64,000 nucleotides of DNA from Candidatus Bathyarchaeota archaeon (GCA_963780185.1 CAWABA010000001.1:96001-160000); one strand, 5' to 3'; positions 21,932-32,981 are shown, counted from the first letter of the stretch. The notes: generated from the letters alone by a model not told the origin. Numbers and translations: made by a program.

Positions 21932-23368
21932 ATGAAAACTCACGTAACCCTTGTCAACCCACCCTACCCCGGCCACTCATTTCCGCATCCGCCCTTCCCG
22001 CCGCTGGGTCTCGGCTACGTCGCCGCTGTTTTAGAGCAGAACAAATTTGTCATTGACGTCGCCGACTGCCTCGTGATGGGCACAGGCTACGAAGGTTTGA
22101 AGCAGGAACTCGGCAAACGGAAACCAGACATTGTCGGCTGCACATGCAACACGCTCACCTACAAGTCTGCGCTCCTGTGTTTGAAAGCCGCTAAGGAAGC
22201 CTTGCCGAACTGCGTAACCGTCATCGGCGGACACCACGTAACCTTTGAAGACGAGCAGGCGCTAAAAGATGCCGCTCACTTGGACGTGGTTATCAGGAAC
22301 GAAGGTGAATACACCATGCTGGAGCTTGCTCAGCGAGTGGAAGCAGGCAAAGATTACCGCGACGTAATCGGCACAACCGTGCGAAGCAAAGACGGCGCAA
22401 TCGTGAGGAACCCTAAAAGAGCCCACATCGAAAACCTCGATGAACTTCCGTTCCCAGCCCGTCACATGTGGCCGCTGGAAGCCACTTCAAAGTACGGCAG
22501 AGTAATGTTTGACATCATAGCAAGCCGCGGCTGCTCCTTCGCCTGTGACTTCTGCATAGAAGTACGAATGCATGGACAAAAATTCCGAAAACGCAGCGTG
22601 GAGAACGTCTGCGCCGAACTTGAACAATGCAAAAAAGACTTCGGCGCCACCTGGTTCAGCTTTGTCGACGCCGCATTCACAGTAGACCAACAATTCACCT
22701 CTGATTTATGCGACGAAATCATCAAACGAAACCTCAACATCAACTGGGTTGCCGGAACCCGCGTTGACATGGTTACCAAAGAACTTCTGCAAAAGATGGC
22801 TCAGGCAGGCTGCAAATCCATGTGGTACGGCGTCGAATCCGGCGCACAAAACGTCCTCAACGAAATGCGCAAAGGCATCACGTTGGAGCAAACCAAGAAG
22901 GCGTTCGCGTGGACTGTTGAGGCGGGAATGAAGCCTGACCCCAACGTTGTGTTGGGTTTCCCAGGTGAAACCAAAGAGTCCGCGTGGGCAACCATAAAGC
23001 TCTGTCAGGAAATCGCCCCATACTACATGGCTTCCTACACCATAGCCACACCGTACCCAGGCACGCCACTCTACTACCAGGTTAAAGAGAAGGGCTATCT
23101 GAAAGACACAGACTTCGACCACTACGACACCGCTACACCCACCTTCGAAACCCCCACAATGACGATTCAAGAACTCCGCAAGCTCCGCGCCAAAGCGTGG
23201 TCAAGCTTCTACGAGCGACCAAGCTACATCCGCGCCATGTTCAAAAAAGGATTCATCTACGGGTTAGCCGCGATGAAAGCAGCCGTCACCTACAGGATCA
23301 TAGACCTCAGAATCGCCCTCCAACCCAACAGGGTACCGCCGAAGCCACCGTCAAAAAGCCACTTCTAA
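21932..23368 (+). CDS. B12-binding radical SAM enzyme (group A)
   Basis: VTLVNPPYP, PPLGLGYVAAVL, GGHHVTF, SRGCSFACDFC, ATPYPGTP. Confidence 0.9.
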   Translation: MKTHVTLVNPPYPGHSFPHPPFPPLGLGYVAAVLEQNKFVIDVADCLVMGTGYEGLKQELGKRKPDIVGCTCNTLTYKSALLCLKAAKEALPNCVTVIGGHHVTFEDEQALKDAAHLDVVIRNEGEYTMLELAQRVEAGKDYRDVIGTTVRSKDGAIVRNPKRAHIENLDELPFPARHMWPLEATSKYGRVMFDIIASRGCSFACDFCIEVRMHGQKFRKRSVENVCAELEQCKKDFGATWFSFVDAAFTVDQQFTSDLCDEIIKRNLNINWVAGTRVDMVTKELLQKMAQAGCKSMWYGVESGAQNVLNEMRKGITLEQTKKAFAWTVEAGMKPDPNVVLGFPGETKESAWATIKLCQEIAPYYMASYTIATPYPGTPLYYQVKEKGYLKDTDFDHYDTATPTFETPTMTIQELRKLRAKAWSSFYERPSYIRAMFKKGFIYGLAAMKAAVTYRIIDLRIALQPNRVPPKPPSKSHF

Positions 23369-23489
23369 ACACATCAAACCTAAACGTCACACCTGTGCCT
23401 AATTTCTTGTCTTCCAGCAAGCTGAAGCGCCGCTCCTACAATTCGAGCTAAAGCAGGATTTTAACTTTTAAAACGCGAGATTTTCCTGG

Positions 23490-24202
23490 CTATATCTTAT
23501 CTTGAATATTAAATATTGCATGCCTGCCAACAAGTTTAATCATTATCTTCTCGACTTGACTTCTTGTTTTCCGGTCTTTTATAATTACATAAGCAAATGT
23601 CTCGGCAGTAGGGGGCCTGAACCAGTAGTTTTGTTCATACTCTTTAATGCGTCGTGTTAAGTCTTCTGTCTCGCCTATTCTTACAGGGGCATTTAATGAG
23701 TCATAAAAAACGTAAACACAAGGAATATCACCTTTACCGATGTTTTCTTGCCATTTGTTAATTGGAAAAGGTCCCAGATACTGAAATTCACCTACTTCTC
23801 TTCCTTCTTCGACGTCTTTGACCAATCTGCCAGGTAGATTTCCTAACGCATTTTCCAATTTCTTTAGGTAGCTTCTTGAGGGCTTTTTGTTGTGCCGTTT
23901 TCTATGAAATAAATTGTCAGTGGACTAATGCCAGCTTTCTCTGCAAGCTGATCCCGACTCAGACCATTTTTTTCACGTTGTTCTTGCAACCACTCGCCTA
24001 AGTCTATATCCAAAAAATTTTCATCGATGTCTGATTCTAATATCGCTGAAAGTTTTTGTAGAGTTTCGTTATTGGGTTGAACCCCGCCGCCTTCCCATTG
24101 TGAGACAAGTGGCTGCGAAATCCCCATTTTATCAGCTAATTGCTGTTGACTAAGCTTTGACTTCATTCTGCTGTTTTTAAGCCACTCTGAGATTTTTGTC
24201 AT
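23490..24202 (-). CDS. Tandem XRE-HTH + GIY-YIG nuclease fusion (one-base frameshift near 23866)
   Basis: Two HTHs (LSQQQLADKMGISQPLVSQWE; LSRDQLAEKAGIS); adding one base gives ATLKKLENALG into CVYVFYD..VRIGET..LTRRI..E..FN; AT-rich. Confidence 0.7.
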
Positions 24203-24222
24203 GCGGCATCCTACTTAGCCAG

Positions 24223-24240
24223 TAGTTATGAGAATAACTA
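24223..24240. promoter_or_regulatory. Palindromic operator upstream of the HTH-GIY-YIG gene
   Basis: tagttat-gaga-ataacta between a TATA-like element and the start codon. Confidence 0.5.
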
Positions 24241-24378
24241 AATAAGGCTATAGTCAGGGGTGAGTAATAATCGTCAGCTTGTTTCCTGTTTTAGCATACC
24301 TCGATCAGGATAGATAGAGATTCTAAGCATAGTTGGGTAAGCTTAAGCAACTTGGATTTATCGCCAATTTTGCGTACT

Positions 24379-24672
24379 CTATATTTTTTGGTTGATTGTT
24401 TCCAAAATGTCTTTGTAGGCTTTGATTGGGGTTTCTTTGTCGTGTACGCCTTTGATGAGCATGCGTCCGCCGTCGAAAAGGCTCACATCAAGCTTGACGT
24501 AGTCGAACATTAGGCACATGGGGGATTTTACGCGGATTTTGCAGCTTTTCTTGATTTTTTCGCAGGCGTCGTTCATGTTGATTTTTAGGGGTTGCGCTGG
24601 AGTAATATCCGCTGTTGTTCCTCCGCAGAGCCAAACCACACTGAGGTTGCCGACAACTTCTTTTTCAACCAT
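24379..24672 (-). CDS. Stand-alone MoeB/ThiF C-terminal-like domain protein
   Basis: WLCGGTTADITP...VSLFDGGRMLIKGV resembles the LCG..VQI / LF.DGR.LI.G tail of MoeB. Confidence 0.5.
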   Translation of the reverse strand: MVEKEVVGNLSVVWLCGGTTADITPAQPLKINMNDACEKIKKSCKIRVKSPMCLMFDYVKLDVSLFDGGRMLIKGVHDKETPIKAYKDILETINQKI

Positions 24673-24758
24673 CCAGCCTCAACTCCAGCCTTGATACAGT
24701 TTTAGGCGTAGGTTTGCTTAATCAACATTGCCATAAAACGGCTAAAAAACTTGGTTTC

Positions 24759-25505
24759 TCATGTGGGGCTGGCTTGGTCTTTGGGTTTAAGGGTGGCTTC
24801 TTCGACGTCCATGTAGAAGAAGTCTCCTTCGCGGAACGGGGAACCGCCAAAATCGACGACTTTGCTTTTCTTGGTGAATTTGGTTATTTCGACGTGTTGC
24901 TTAAACAGCGGCGCATCAAGCGATGTGGAATGGTACTCTCCTGGCTCACCCGAGACGTCGATGCCTTTGCCTGCGGGGCCAACCAGGGGCTGCATGTCTT
25001 CGATGCATTTGCGGTCTATTTGCCTGCCCAGCCACTCCTCGCCAAAGTATCTTTTGTCGATGCAGCTCAGAATCGCTTTTACGCCTGTGGTCTGCTCCAT
25101 TTCCATGATGCGTTTTCGGTGGCGGTTGCCTGGAATGAGGTTGAGCGGGCGGTCCCAAAGAGGCATAATGAGTTGGACGCCGAGTTTTTTGCAGGCGTCT
25201 TTCCAGACGCGGCGGTGGTGTACGTTGTCGATGTCGCCTGTGACGATGGCTTGGGCTCCCTCTTCCTTATGCAGCCGCTCCAATGTTCTCATGATGTCGT
25301 CGTAGCGGTTGTCAGTGATTTTGACGAATTGGTGGGGCATGCCTAATGCTTTGGCTTGTTGCTCGATGACTTTGAGGCTGTGGAAAACGTAGGGTTCCAT
25401 GTAAACGTACGTGACTAGGGACGCTACTTCGTGACCCTGCTCAACGACTTTATGCAGCGCCGTGCAGCAGTCTTTTCCGCCGCTCCAATGAACAATAACC
25501 TTCAT
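24759..25505 (-). CDS. DUF71/Dph6-like ATP pyrophosphatase
   Basis: VIVHWSGGKDCC, IVTGDID, MPLW, GEEWLGR, SGEPGEYHSTSLDAPLF. Confidence 0.85.
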   Translation of the reverse strand: MKVIVHWSGGKDCCTALHKVVEQGHEVASLVTYVYMEPYVFHSLKVIEQQAKALGMPHQFVKITDNRYDDIMRTLERLHKEEGAQAIVTGDIDNVHHRRVWKDACKKLGVQLIMPLWDRPLNLIPGNRHRKRIMEMEQTTGVKAILSCIDKRYFGEEWLGRQIDRKCIEDMQPLVGPAGKGIDVSGEPGEYHSTSLDAPLFKQHVEITKFTKKSKVVDFGGSPFREGDFFYMDVEEATLKPKDQASPT

Positions 25506-25702
25506 TCTAACTTAACACCTAAAGTTAATTTTGACCTGTTAACTGATGGATAAACATCCGAAACCTAATAAGCGTTTACAGAAACTGGTTCACATGACCT
25601 TAACTGTGCATTCGGCAAATTTCTTTGCGGTCGAACTCTTTCTTGTGGCAGGGCTGTTTTCGTAATTCTTAAATATCGTCGCGGGACTGTATTTATTCAG
25701 CT

Positions 25703-27214
25703 TTGAAGGCAAAGCAGGAATCATTCTTGAAAGAAACTTTTACTTCAAATCAAGGTGTTGCGGTCTCAGATGACCAAAATTCCCTTACAGTCAGCAACAA
25801 CGGGCCAGTCGTTTTCCAAGATGTCCACCTGATTGAGAAGCTTGCGCATTTCAACCGTGAACGCATCCCTGAAAGAATCGTCCACGCCAAAGGAGCAGGC
25901 GCAGGAGGCTACTTTGAAGTAACCCGCGACGTAACCAAATACACCAAAGCCAAATTCCTCAGCGAAGTCGGCAAACGAACCGAGGTTTTCGCAAGGTTCT
26001 CCACTGTTGGCGGCGAAAAAGGCTCAGCCGACGCAGAACGCGACCCACGCGGGTTCGCCGTGAAATTCTACACTGAAGACGGCAACTACGACCTTGTCGG
26101 AAACAACACGCCCGTGTTCTTCATCCGCGACCCCTTAAAGTTTCCAGACTTCATCCACACGCAGAAACGCAACCCAGGAACAAACCTCAAAGACCCGAAC
26201 ATGTTCTGGGATTTTCTGTCGTTGACGCCTGAGTCGATTCATCAAGTAACAATTTTGTTCTCTGACAGGGGAACACCTCGCTCTTTCCGTCACATGAACG
26301 GGTACGGAAGCCACACCTTCAAATGGTACAATGAGGGTGGCGAAGTCTTCTGGGTGAAGTACCACTTCAAAACCGACCAAGGCGCACAAAACCTAACCCG
26401 CCAAGAAGCCGAACACATAAAAGGCACAGACCCAGACCACGCCACACGCGACCTTTTCAACGCCATAAAAGAAGGCAACTTCCCCTCTTGGACGCTGCAA
26501 ATGCAAATAATGCCCCTCAAAGACGCCGCAAACTACCGTTTCGACATCTTTGACGTCACCAAAGTTTGGCCTCACAGCGATTATCCGCCGATGGATGTTG
26601 GCAAAATGGTGCTCAACCGCAACCCTTCGAATTACTTTGCTGAAGTGGAGCAGGCGGCGTTTTCACCCGCAAACTTTGTGCCCGGCATCGCGGCTTCACC
26701 TGACAAGATGCTTCAGGGACGACTCTTCGCCTACAACGACGCCCACAGATACCGTCTCGGAGCCAACTACCTTCTGCTGCCCGTCAACCAGCCTAAAGGC
26801 GTCAAAGCCATGAACTATCAGCGGGACGGAGCCATGCGCTTCGACGGCAACCAAGCAGACGCACCCAACTACTACCCCAACAGCATGGGCGGACCCGAAC
26901 CCAACCCGCAAGCGGCGGAACCAGCGTTTGAAGTTTCAGGCAAAGTCGAGCGGCAACCATACACGCACCCCAACAGCGACTTTGTGCAGCCAGGAGACCT
27001 CTACCGAAAAGTCATGACGGACATCGACCGCGAACACCTCATCGGCAACATCGTGTCTCACCTGGGCAACGCAAGCAAAGACATCCAGCTTAGGCAGCTT
27101 CAAATCTTCTACAAAGCCGATCAAGAATGGGGGCAACGCGTCGCCGAAGGCTTAGGCATAACCCTGCCAAAAACGATGGAAAACCCAGTTTCCACTCCCC
27201 TTATGGCTCCATAA
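25703..27214 (+). CDS. katA: Monofunctional heme catalase (small-subunit type)
   Basis: [57 protein letters not shown]. Confidence 0.95.
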   Translation: MKAKQESFLKETFTSNQGVAVSDDQNSLTVSNNGPVVFQDVHLIEKLAHFNRERIPERIVHAKGAGAGGYFEVTRDVTKYTKAKFLSEVGKRTEVFARFSTVGGEKGSADAERDPRGFAVKFYTEDGNYDLVGNNTPVFFIRDPLKFPDFIHTQKRNPGTNLKDPNMFWDFLSLTPESIHQVTILFSDRGTPRSFRHMNGYGSHTFKWYNEGGEVFWVKYHFKTDQGAQNLTRQEAEHIKGTDPDHATRDLFNAIKEGNFPSWTLQMQIMPLKDAANYRFDIFDVTKVWPHSDYPPMDVGKMVLNRNPSNYFAEVEQAAFSPANFVPGIAASPDKMLQGRLFAYNDAHRYRLGANYLLLPVNQPKGVKAMNYQRDGAMRFDGNQADAPNYYPNSMGGPEPNPQAAEPAFEVSGKVERQPYTHPNSDFVQPGDLYRKVMTDIDREHLIGNIVSHLGNASKDIQLRQLQIFYKADQEWGQRVAEGLGITLPKTMENPVSTPLMAP

Positions 27215-27349
27215 GCTTAAGCGCAACATCGAAATTCAGCAGATTCACACAAACATCCCTTAAGATAGCTGCCCCTCCAAACTCCATTTTCTTTGCGAAA
27301 ACATTTCGTTTTTTATGGTGCGTTCCAGTTTTCGCGTTTTTCAAATAAT

Positions 27350-28219
27350 TTAGGTATCGGTGCCATGAGAAAGGGTGATTCTTCGTTTTCTAAAGTAAAT
27401 CAGCAGAGCAATAATCACCGCCAGCAAGAACGCAATTGCTACCAAAGCTATGGTGGTTATGAGCAGGAGTGATGCGTAGGAAGTACTGCTGACAGTTGTT
27501 GAGGTTTTCGTTTGAGTTGGGGTTTGAGTTGATGTCGAATATGATGGGGCGGGGGTAGGGCTTGGGGAAATGCTTGTGGGTATGGTTATTGTTTGTGAAT
27601 TACTCCACTCGCTTGTAACACCTATAAGTGCCGTATGGGAACCAAACAATGATTCCTCAAATTTATTGTATCCATTAACTGCTTGCACTTGAAATTCTAT
27701 TGAAGCCCCCGATTCAAAGTTGAAACTTCGTTCATAATAAGATACAAATGAGTAGCCTTGCACCATTTGCTGTGTTTCACCTATCTCAAAAGAACCGTAA
27801 GTGCCTGAAAAGGTTAGAGTCGATGCCCCGCCAGAAGATTTTGAAAGAGTTCCATTGAAATCTTCTTCATAAATATAAGACCAGCCAGTTGCGTAAGGCG
27901 TCGTGTACCTGATAACGTAATCGGTGGCATCAGGTTGATTCTGAATTGTGAAGGTGAGATTCTCACGATTTACAAAGTAGCCGGCGTTAGTGATTTTAGC
28001 GCCTGTTTGCGGGTCAGTGGAATAGGTCGTGGGCACAGCGTAAGACGTGTTTGTAAGTGTGATTGTGAAGGTTGGAGTGGATGGTACACAAAGTGTGTTC
28101 AGGTTGGGAGTAGGCGTTGGCGTAGGGGTCTGGGCAAACGCTGGTTTAGCCATTATAAGAATTGATGCAGCTAAGATAAGGACAAGAAGTACCGAGAAAC
28201 TCTTCTTGAGGCTGCCCAT
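27350..28219 (-). CDS. Secreted, membrane-anchored surface protein with P/T/S linkers
   Basis: Signal peptide MGSLKKSFSVLLVL..AFAQ; IEFQVQA..G; SEWSNSQTITIP; C-terminal TM + RKRR. Confidence 0.75.
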   Translation of the reverse strand: MGSLKKSFSVLLVLILAASILIMAKPAFAQTPTPTPTPNLNTLCVPSTPTFTITLTNTSYAVPTTYSTDPQTGAKITNAGYFVNRENLTFTIQNQPDATDYVIRYTTPYATGWSYIYEEDFNGTLSKSSGGASTLTFSGTYGSFEIGETQQMVQGYSFVSYYERSFNFESGASIEFQVQAVNGYNKFEESLFGSHTALIGVTSEWSNSQTITIPTSISPSPTPAPSYSTSTQTPTQTKTSTTVSSTSYASLLLITTIALVAIAFLLAVIIALLIYFRKRRITLSHGTDT

Positions 28220-28350
28220 GTTTGGTCTTAAAGAAGGTTGGCGATAAAAAGCTTCCCCAAATTCTAACTTTAATTCATTTTGCCGCAGGGATTCTGCGTT
28301 TGAAAACTGCGACTCTATAAAATCCCTTAAAGGTTTCGAACTGAAGACGT

Positions 28351-29464
28351 TTAACACTCGATAATCAGTTTTATTGCATTGACGAGTTTTTGGTTGTCTT
28401 TGGCTGAGCGCACCGTAACTCGGAAGTACTTGTCGTCCAGGCCCATGAAGGTGCAGCAGTCCCGGATAAGCATACGCTCCTTAATCAGCGCTTCTTTGAG
28501 CTTGGTTGATGTGACTTTGCCGTTTTCGATTTTCACCAGCAGAAAGTTGGTTACGGACGGGTAAACGTGGAAGCCTTCGATTTCGCCCAGGCCTTTGGCA
28601 AGAGCGGCTCTTTCTTTGTTGATGGTTTTCTTTGTGTTTTCGATGAATTCTGTGTCGCCGAAAGCCGCCAGCGTCGCGCAGCTTGCAAGGCTGTTTATGC
28701 TCCAGGGCAAACGCACATTCTCCAGTTTCCCAACCATCGCTCGGCGAAGCTAACCCGTAGCCCAGGCGTATGCCTGCCATGCCGTAGAATTTGGTAACTG
28801 AGCGAATCACGAAGAGGTTGTCGTATTCTTTGACCATGCCAGCCAAAGTGGTTTCTTCGCCTTGATCGGCAAATTCAATGTAGTTTTCGTCCACGCTGAA
28901 TATGACGTCTTTTTTGTGGCAGAAATCAACCAGCTCCAAAACCTCTTCTTTGCTGTAGAGTCTTCCTGAGGGGCTGTGGGGGTTGCAGATGGAGAGGATT
29001 TTTGTTTCAGGCGTTATTGCCTGCTTTATTTTTTCGTTGTCCATGGCGAATCCGTCTGGCAACTGCAGAAACGTGACTTCGCTGCCTACCCGAAGCGCCG
29101 CCTTCTCGTATTCGCTGAATGATGGGATAGGAATTAGTGCTTTGAAGCCTCGGGGCAGGATTTCGGTTATGGCGTAGATGAGTTCGATTGAGCCGTTGCC
29201 TAAAACCACGTTTTCTTCGCCGACGCCGTGTCCCACGTATTTGGCTATTTGCGCTTTGAATTCGACTGGGTTTGGGTCGGGGTAGAATTTGATGAGTTTC
29301 GCCTGTTGCTTGACGGCTTCGACGGCTTTAGGTGAGGGTCCTAAAAAGTTGATGGGTCCGCTGAACTCCAGCACTTCATCTAACGGGACGTTGTATTTTC
29401 GGCTGAAGCCCCAGATGTCTCCGCCGTGACTGACGAATCTGCGTTCCCTACATTGACCCTGCAG
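28351..29464 (-). CDS. cobD: Threonine-phosphate decarboxylase CobD (PLP, HisC-like), frameshift near 28740; start uncertain
   Basis: HGGDIWG upstream of ORF 29374; YPDPNP, GNGSIELI, RSVTKFYGMAGIRLGY, PWSINSLA, LIRDCCTF. Confidence 0.8.
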
Positions 29465-30023
29465 CTTTGTTTTCCTCCATCAACCTTGCGATTTCTTTTT
29501 CAACTACAACGTGAGCTTTAAAGTGGGCATTGTACAGGTTAGTAACCTTGTATAGCCAGTAGATTCCGCCCACGCCGAGCGTAACAATTGTTATTAAAAC
29601 ATATGTTTTTATCGGTATCGTCTGCGGCATAAACATCCGCTCTGGAAAAGCAGAAGCAAGAAAAGCATCTTGGCTTCGCTCATGCACCAGCAAATCCCTA
29701 GACAACATGTAAGTGATGATGAAAGCTGGAATAATTAGTATGATGCTGGCTGCCCAAACCTTCGAGTTTCTTTCAGGGAAAACCGCACTTGCAGCAGGCA
29801 CCTGACCCCCCTTGCCTTTGCTCTTGAGATAATCAGCAACCTGCTTCTCCAATTCCGCCTCATGGCTAAAATGCCTATTTCTTCCCTCAACCAAACGGTA
29901 AAACATTGGGAAAAACGCTGCTCCAAAGGTTACGATGGCTGAGAGGAACCACATGGAAAACCAAAGTTTCCTGTCAGCGCCAACTTTGCTTTGGATAGCG
30001 GTTTGCATCTGGTTACTTTCCAT
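29448..30023 (-). CDS. DUF4234-like membrane protein
   Basis: Repeated L..VT.G....(Y/W).Y helices ending in N.HF. Confidence 0.55.
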   Translation of the reverse strand: MESNQMQTAIQSKVGADRKLWFSMWFLSAIVTFGAAFFPMFYRLVEGRNRHFSHEAELEKQVADYLKSKGKGGQVPAASAVFPERNSKVWAASIILIIPAFIITYMLSRDLLVHERSQDAFLASAFPERMFMPQTIPIKTYVLITIVTLGVGGIYWLYKVTNLYNAHFKAHVVVEKEIARLMEENKAAGSM

Positions 30024-30102
30024 TCGGGTGCTTACAAGGTTGGAGCACCCAAACTTTATAAGGTCTTCCATTGGCATCTAAGAATAAATTGAGCGAGGGG
30101 AA

Positions 30103-30786
30103 ATGCTGCTTTCCATAATAATTCCCGTGTACAACGAGGAATTAACGATAGGCGACATAATCGACCGCGTAAAAGCAGCTGCCCTGCAAACAGGATTAGA
30201 AACTGAAGTAATAGTGGTGGATGACCATTCATCGGACAGGTCGCTTTTGCAAGCCTCCAAACGCAACGTCAAAGTTTACTCGTTAAAGCTGCATTTAGGG
30301 AAGGGCTACGCTTTGCGGGCGGGTTTCGCCAAGGCAAAAGGCGACGTAATAGTCACTTTGGACTCAGATGGTTCGCATCGTCCCGAAGAGCTGTCGGAAA
30401 TTTTAGCTCCGATCTTGCAGGGTGAGGCAGACCTTGTGATCGGCTCAAGATACATGAACCATAAACACGTGGCTGCAAGGCGGCTGAACGCTTTCGGCGT
30501 TCGACTCTTCAATAGCTTCATACAGCTGCTAACTGGCGCCGCTGTAACTGATTCCCAGTCAGGCTACCGCGCTATGAAACGGGAAGTTATGAAAAGCCAA
30601 AAATTAAAGTCAGGCGGATATGAAATAGAATCAGAAATGCTCGTGAAAACAGCCAAGAAAAAATCTCGAATCACCGAGGTGCCGATTAGTTTTGAGCAGC
30701 GAACCTACGGCCGCTCAGGCGTGGATCCGTTGTGGGACGGCTTCAAGATTCTGGTGTCGATAGTTTCAGCTTACATGCGGGGTTAA
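30103..30786 (+). CDS. GT2 glycosyltransferase (DPM-synthase-like)
   Basis: SIIIPVYNEE, VVDDHSSD, LDSDGSH, VIGSR, DSQSGYRA. Confidence 0.9.
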   Translation: MLLSIIIPVYNEELTIGDIIDRVKAAALQTGLETEVIVVDDHSSDRSLLQASKRNVKVYSLKLHLGKGYALRAGFAKAKGDVIVTLDSDGSHRPEELSEILAPILQGEADLVIGSRYMNHKHVAARRLNAFGVRLFNSFIQLLTGAAVTDSQSGYRAMKREVMKSQKLKSGGYEIESEMLVKTAKKKSRITEVPISFEQRTYGRSGVDPLWDGFKILVSIVSAYMRG

Positions 30787-30791
30787 GCGGG

Positions 30792-31785
30792 TTGGCTGAC
30801 GAACTGTTTCCTAAGGTTTCAATTATCGTCGCATCCTACAACAACGAGCAGACCATAGAGGAATGCCTCAAATCCATTTTGGCGCTTGATTACCCCGCGG
30901 GCTTCGTTGAAGTCATAGTTATGGATGGGGCGTCAAAGGACGGCACCGTAAAAAAAGCTGAGCAGTTCCCGGTTAAGGTTGTTTCAATCCGCTTGAACGC
31001 GCCTGCCGCCTACAACTACGCCATGAAAAACGTGGCGGCAAACCCGATTTTAGGCTTCATCGACTCCGACGCAAAAGTGGAGCCGCAGTGGCTACGAAAA
31101 CTTGTCCCCCGCCTAGGCGAAGCCGCAGGTTGCGGGCGTCAGCGGCACCATCGAAACTTGGAACGCCGAAAACCCGTGGGCAAAAAACATCGGGTACGAA
31201 CTCAAAAACCGTTACCGCCGCATAGGCAAGTACACAAGCCGAATCGCCACCATGAACTTGCTGCTGAAAAAGGCGGTTATCGAGGAGGCTGGCGGATGGG
31301 ATGAGAACCTTCCAAGCCAATACGACACCGACTTAGGTTTCCGCCTAAGCGCAAAAGGCTACAAGATTGCCTATGAACCCAGCGCAGTCTGCTACCACTA
31401 CAACAGGCCGACGCTTAGAGGTTACTATAAGCAGCAGCGGCAGTACGGGAAGAACACTTTGAAACTTTATTTCAAGCACGGCGGCTTAGCGAAAGGCGAT
31501 GAAATCACCGATTTCGGAATGAACATCCAGCCCGTGCTTCTTTTGGCGGTCATCGTTTTTTTCCTTGTCGGAATCATTCCCGCTGTCAGGCTTCTCTGGC
31601 TTGGGTCAGGCGTAATCTTAGTCTTCATGCTTCTCTACTTCGACTACTGCGCCACCCGAATCGCCGTCAAATTCCACGACACAGACGCTTTTCGCCTCGT
31701 TGTGCTGTATTTTGTGCGGGCGTGGGCTTGGTTTGTCGGGGCAACAGCAACCGCCCTTCGGTATCTGACTGGGAGGCGCACCTGA
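30792..31785 (+). CDS. GT2 glycosyltransferase with C-terminal TM helices (frameshift near 31125)
   Basis: SIIVASYN, MDGASKD, IDSD, GGWDE..YDTDLGFRL, KQQRQYG. Confidence 0.85.
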
Positions 31786-32981
31786 TGCCGCCTAAGGTTT
31801 GCTTCATTTCGCCCGAGTATTGGCCGCTCACGGGAGGCACAGGCTCCTATGTCTACTACCTGTCCAACGAACTCCTAAAAAACGGCTACAAAATCTACGT
31901 CGTCACAGGAGGCAACCAAGCCCAAGACATCCAAGTTAACCCGCAGCTAAACGTGTCTTTCCTCAAAATCCCAAAGACACCCATCGTCAAATCGTTTATG
32001 CTTGCAGGCGCAAGCTACCGAAAACTCCAAAGCGTCCGCGACAACGCAGGCGTCGACGTCACCCTTCCTCAGCTTCCGTTGACACCTAATTTTGCGGTGC
32101 CGCCCAACTTCGGTAAAACCCTCGTCTGCACTGTGCATTCGACTTGGCGGGGCGAGGCGGAAGCCATCCGAGGGGAACCTTACAGTCGCCTCAACGCCAA
32201 CGAAAAGTTTCTTGTGAGCTTTAACTGGTTTCTGCGTTTTTTTGAGGAAGGCATGCTTCATAGGGCGCGAAGAATTATTGCGGTGAGCCACTTCACAAAA
32301 TGGGAACTTACGAACTACTACAAGATTCCAGCGGGCAAAATCAAAGTCATCCACAACGGCGTTGACACCCACAAGTTCCAGCCCGCCGTGGATAAACGGA
32401 AGGTCAAGCAGGAACTCGGGTTCAACCCAGACGACATAGCCATCGTGTCCGTCGGCAGACTCTACGCACGCAAAGGTCTCTTCACGCTTATCGAAAGTAT
32501 GCCTGCCGTGGTGAAGCGGTTTCCAAAGGCGAAGTTCATCGTTTCAGGCAAGGGACAAAGCGACGAAATGCATAAACTCATCGCTTACGCAGAAAAAATC
32601 GGCGTTAAGGATAACCTTGTTTTCACGGGTTACTACCCTGACAAGAAGCTGCCGCTGCTGTACCAAGCCGCAGACGTCTTCGCCTTCAGCACCTTCTACG
32701 AGCACCACCCATTCGCCGTCCTCGAAGCCCTCTCAACAGGCTTGCCCGTGGTGACAACATGGGTCGGGGGGATTCCTGAAACCATCGAAAACGGCAAAAA
32801 CGGCTTCCTCGTCGAGCCCTTCAATGCAAAACAGTTCTCGGAGAAAATAATTTATTTGCTTGATCACCCCGCGGAAGCAGCGGAGATGGGACGACTTGCG
32901 AGAAAAACCATCGTGGAGCAGTATGACTGGCGCATAGTCGTCAAAGATGCCATAAAAGTCTATGACAAAGCGCTAAGCTAA
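31785..32981 (+). CDS. GT4 glycosyltransferase
   Basis: PEYWPLTGG, IHNGVD, VGRLYARKG, EHHPFAVLEALSTGLPVV. Confidence 0.9.
   Translation: MPPKVCFISPEYWPLTGGTGSYVYYLSNELLKNGYKIYVVTGGNQAQDIQVNPQLNVSFLKIPKTPIVKSFMLAGASYRKLQSVRDNAGVDVTLPQLPLTPNFAVPPNFGKTLVCTVHSTWRGEAEAIRGEPYSRLNANEKFLVSFNWFLRFFEEGMLHRARRIIAVSHFTKWELTNYYKIPAGKIKVIHNGVDTHKFQPAVDKRKVKQELGFNPDDIAIVSVGRLYARKGLFTLIESMPAVVKRFPKAKFIVSGKGQSDEMHKLIAYAEKIGVKDNLVFTGYYPDKKLPLLYQAADVFAFSTFYEHHPFAVLEALSTGLPVVTTWVGGIPETIENGKNGFLVEPFNAKQFSEKIIYLLDHPAEAAEMGRLARKTIVEQYDWRIVVKDAIKVYDKALS

Noticed and set aside
14405-23368. Complete anaerobic benzimidazole (bza) pathway
   Set aside because: No ThiC-like BzaA/B/F gene lies in the window, so the methyltransferase and radical SAMs cannot be assigned as BzaC/D/E from motifs alone.
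27490-27590. Short tandem-like repeats here and at 17230-17300 as a CRISPR or VNTR
   Set aside because: They encode Pro/Thr/Ser linkers of surface proteins and show no repeat-spacer periodicity.
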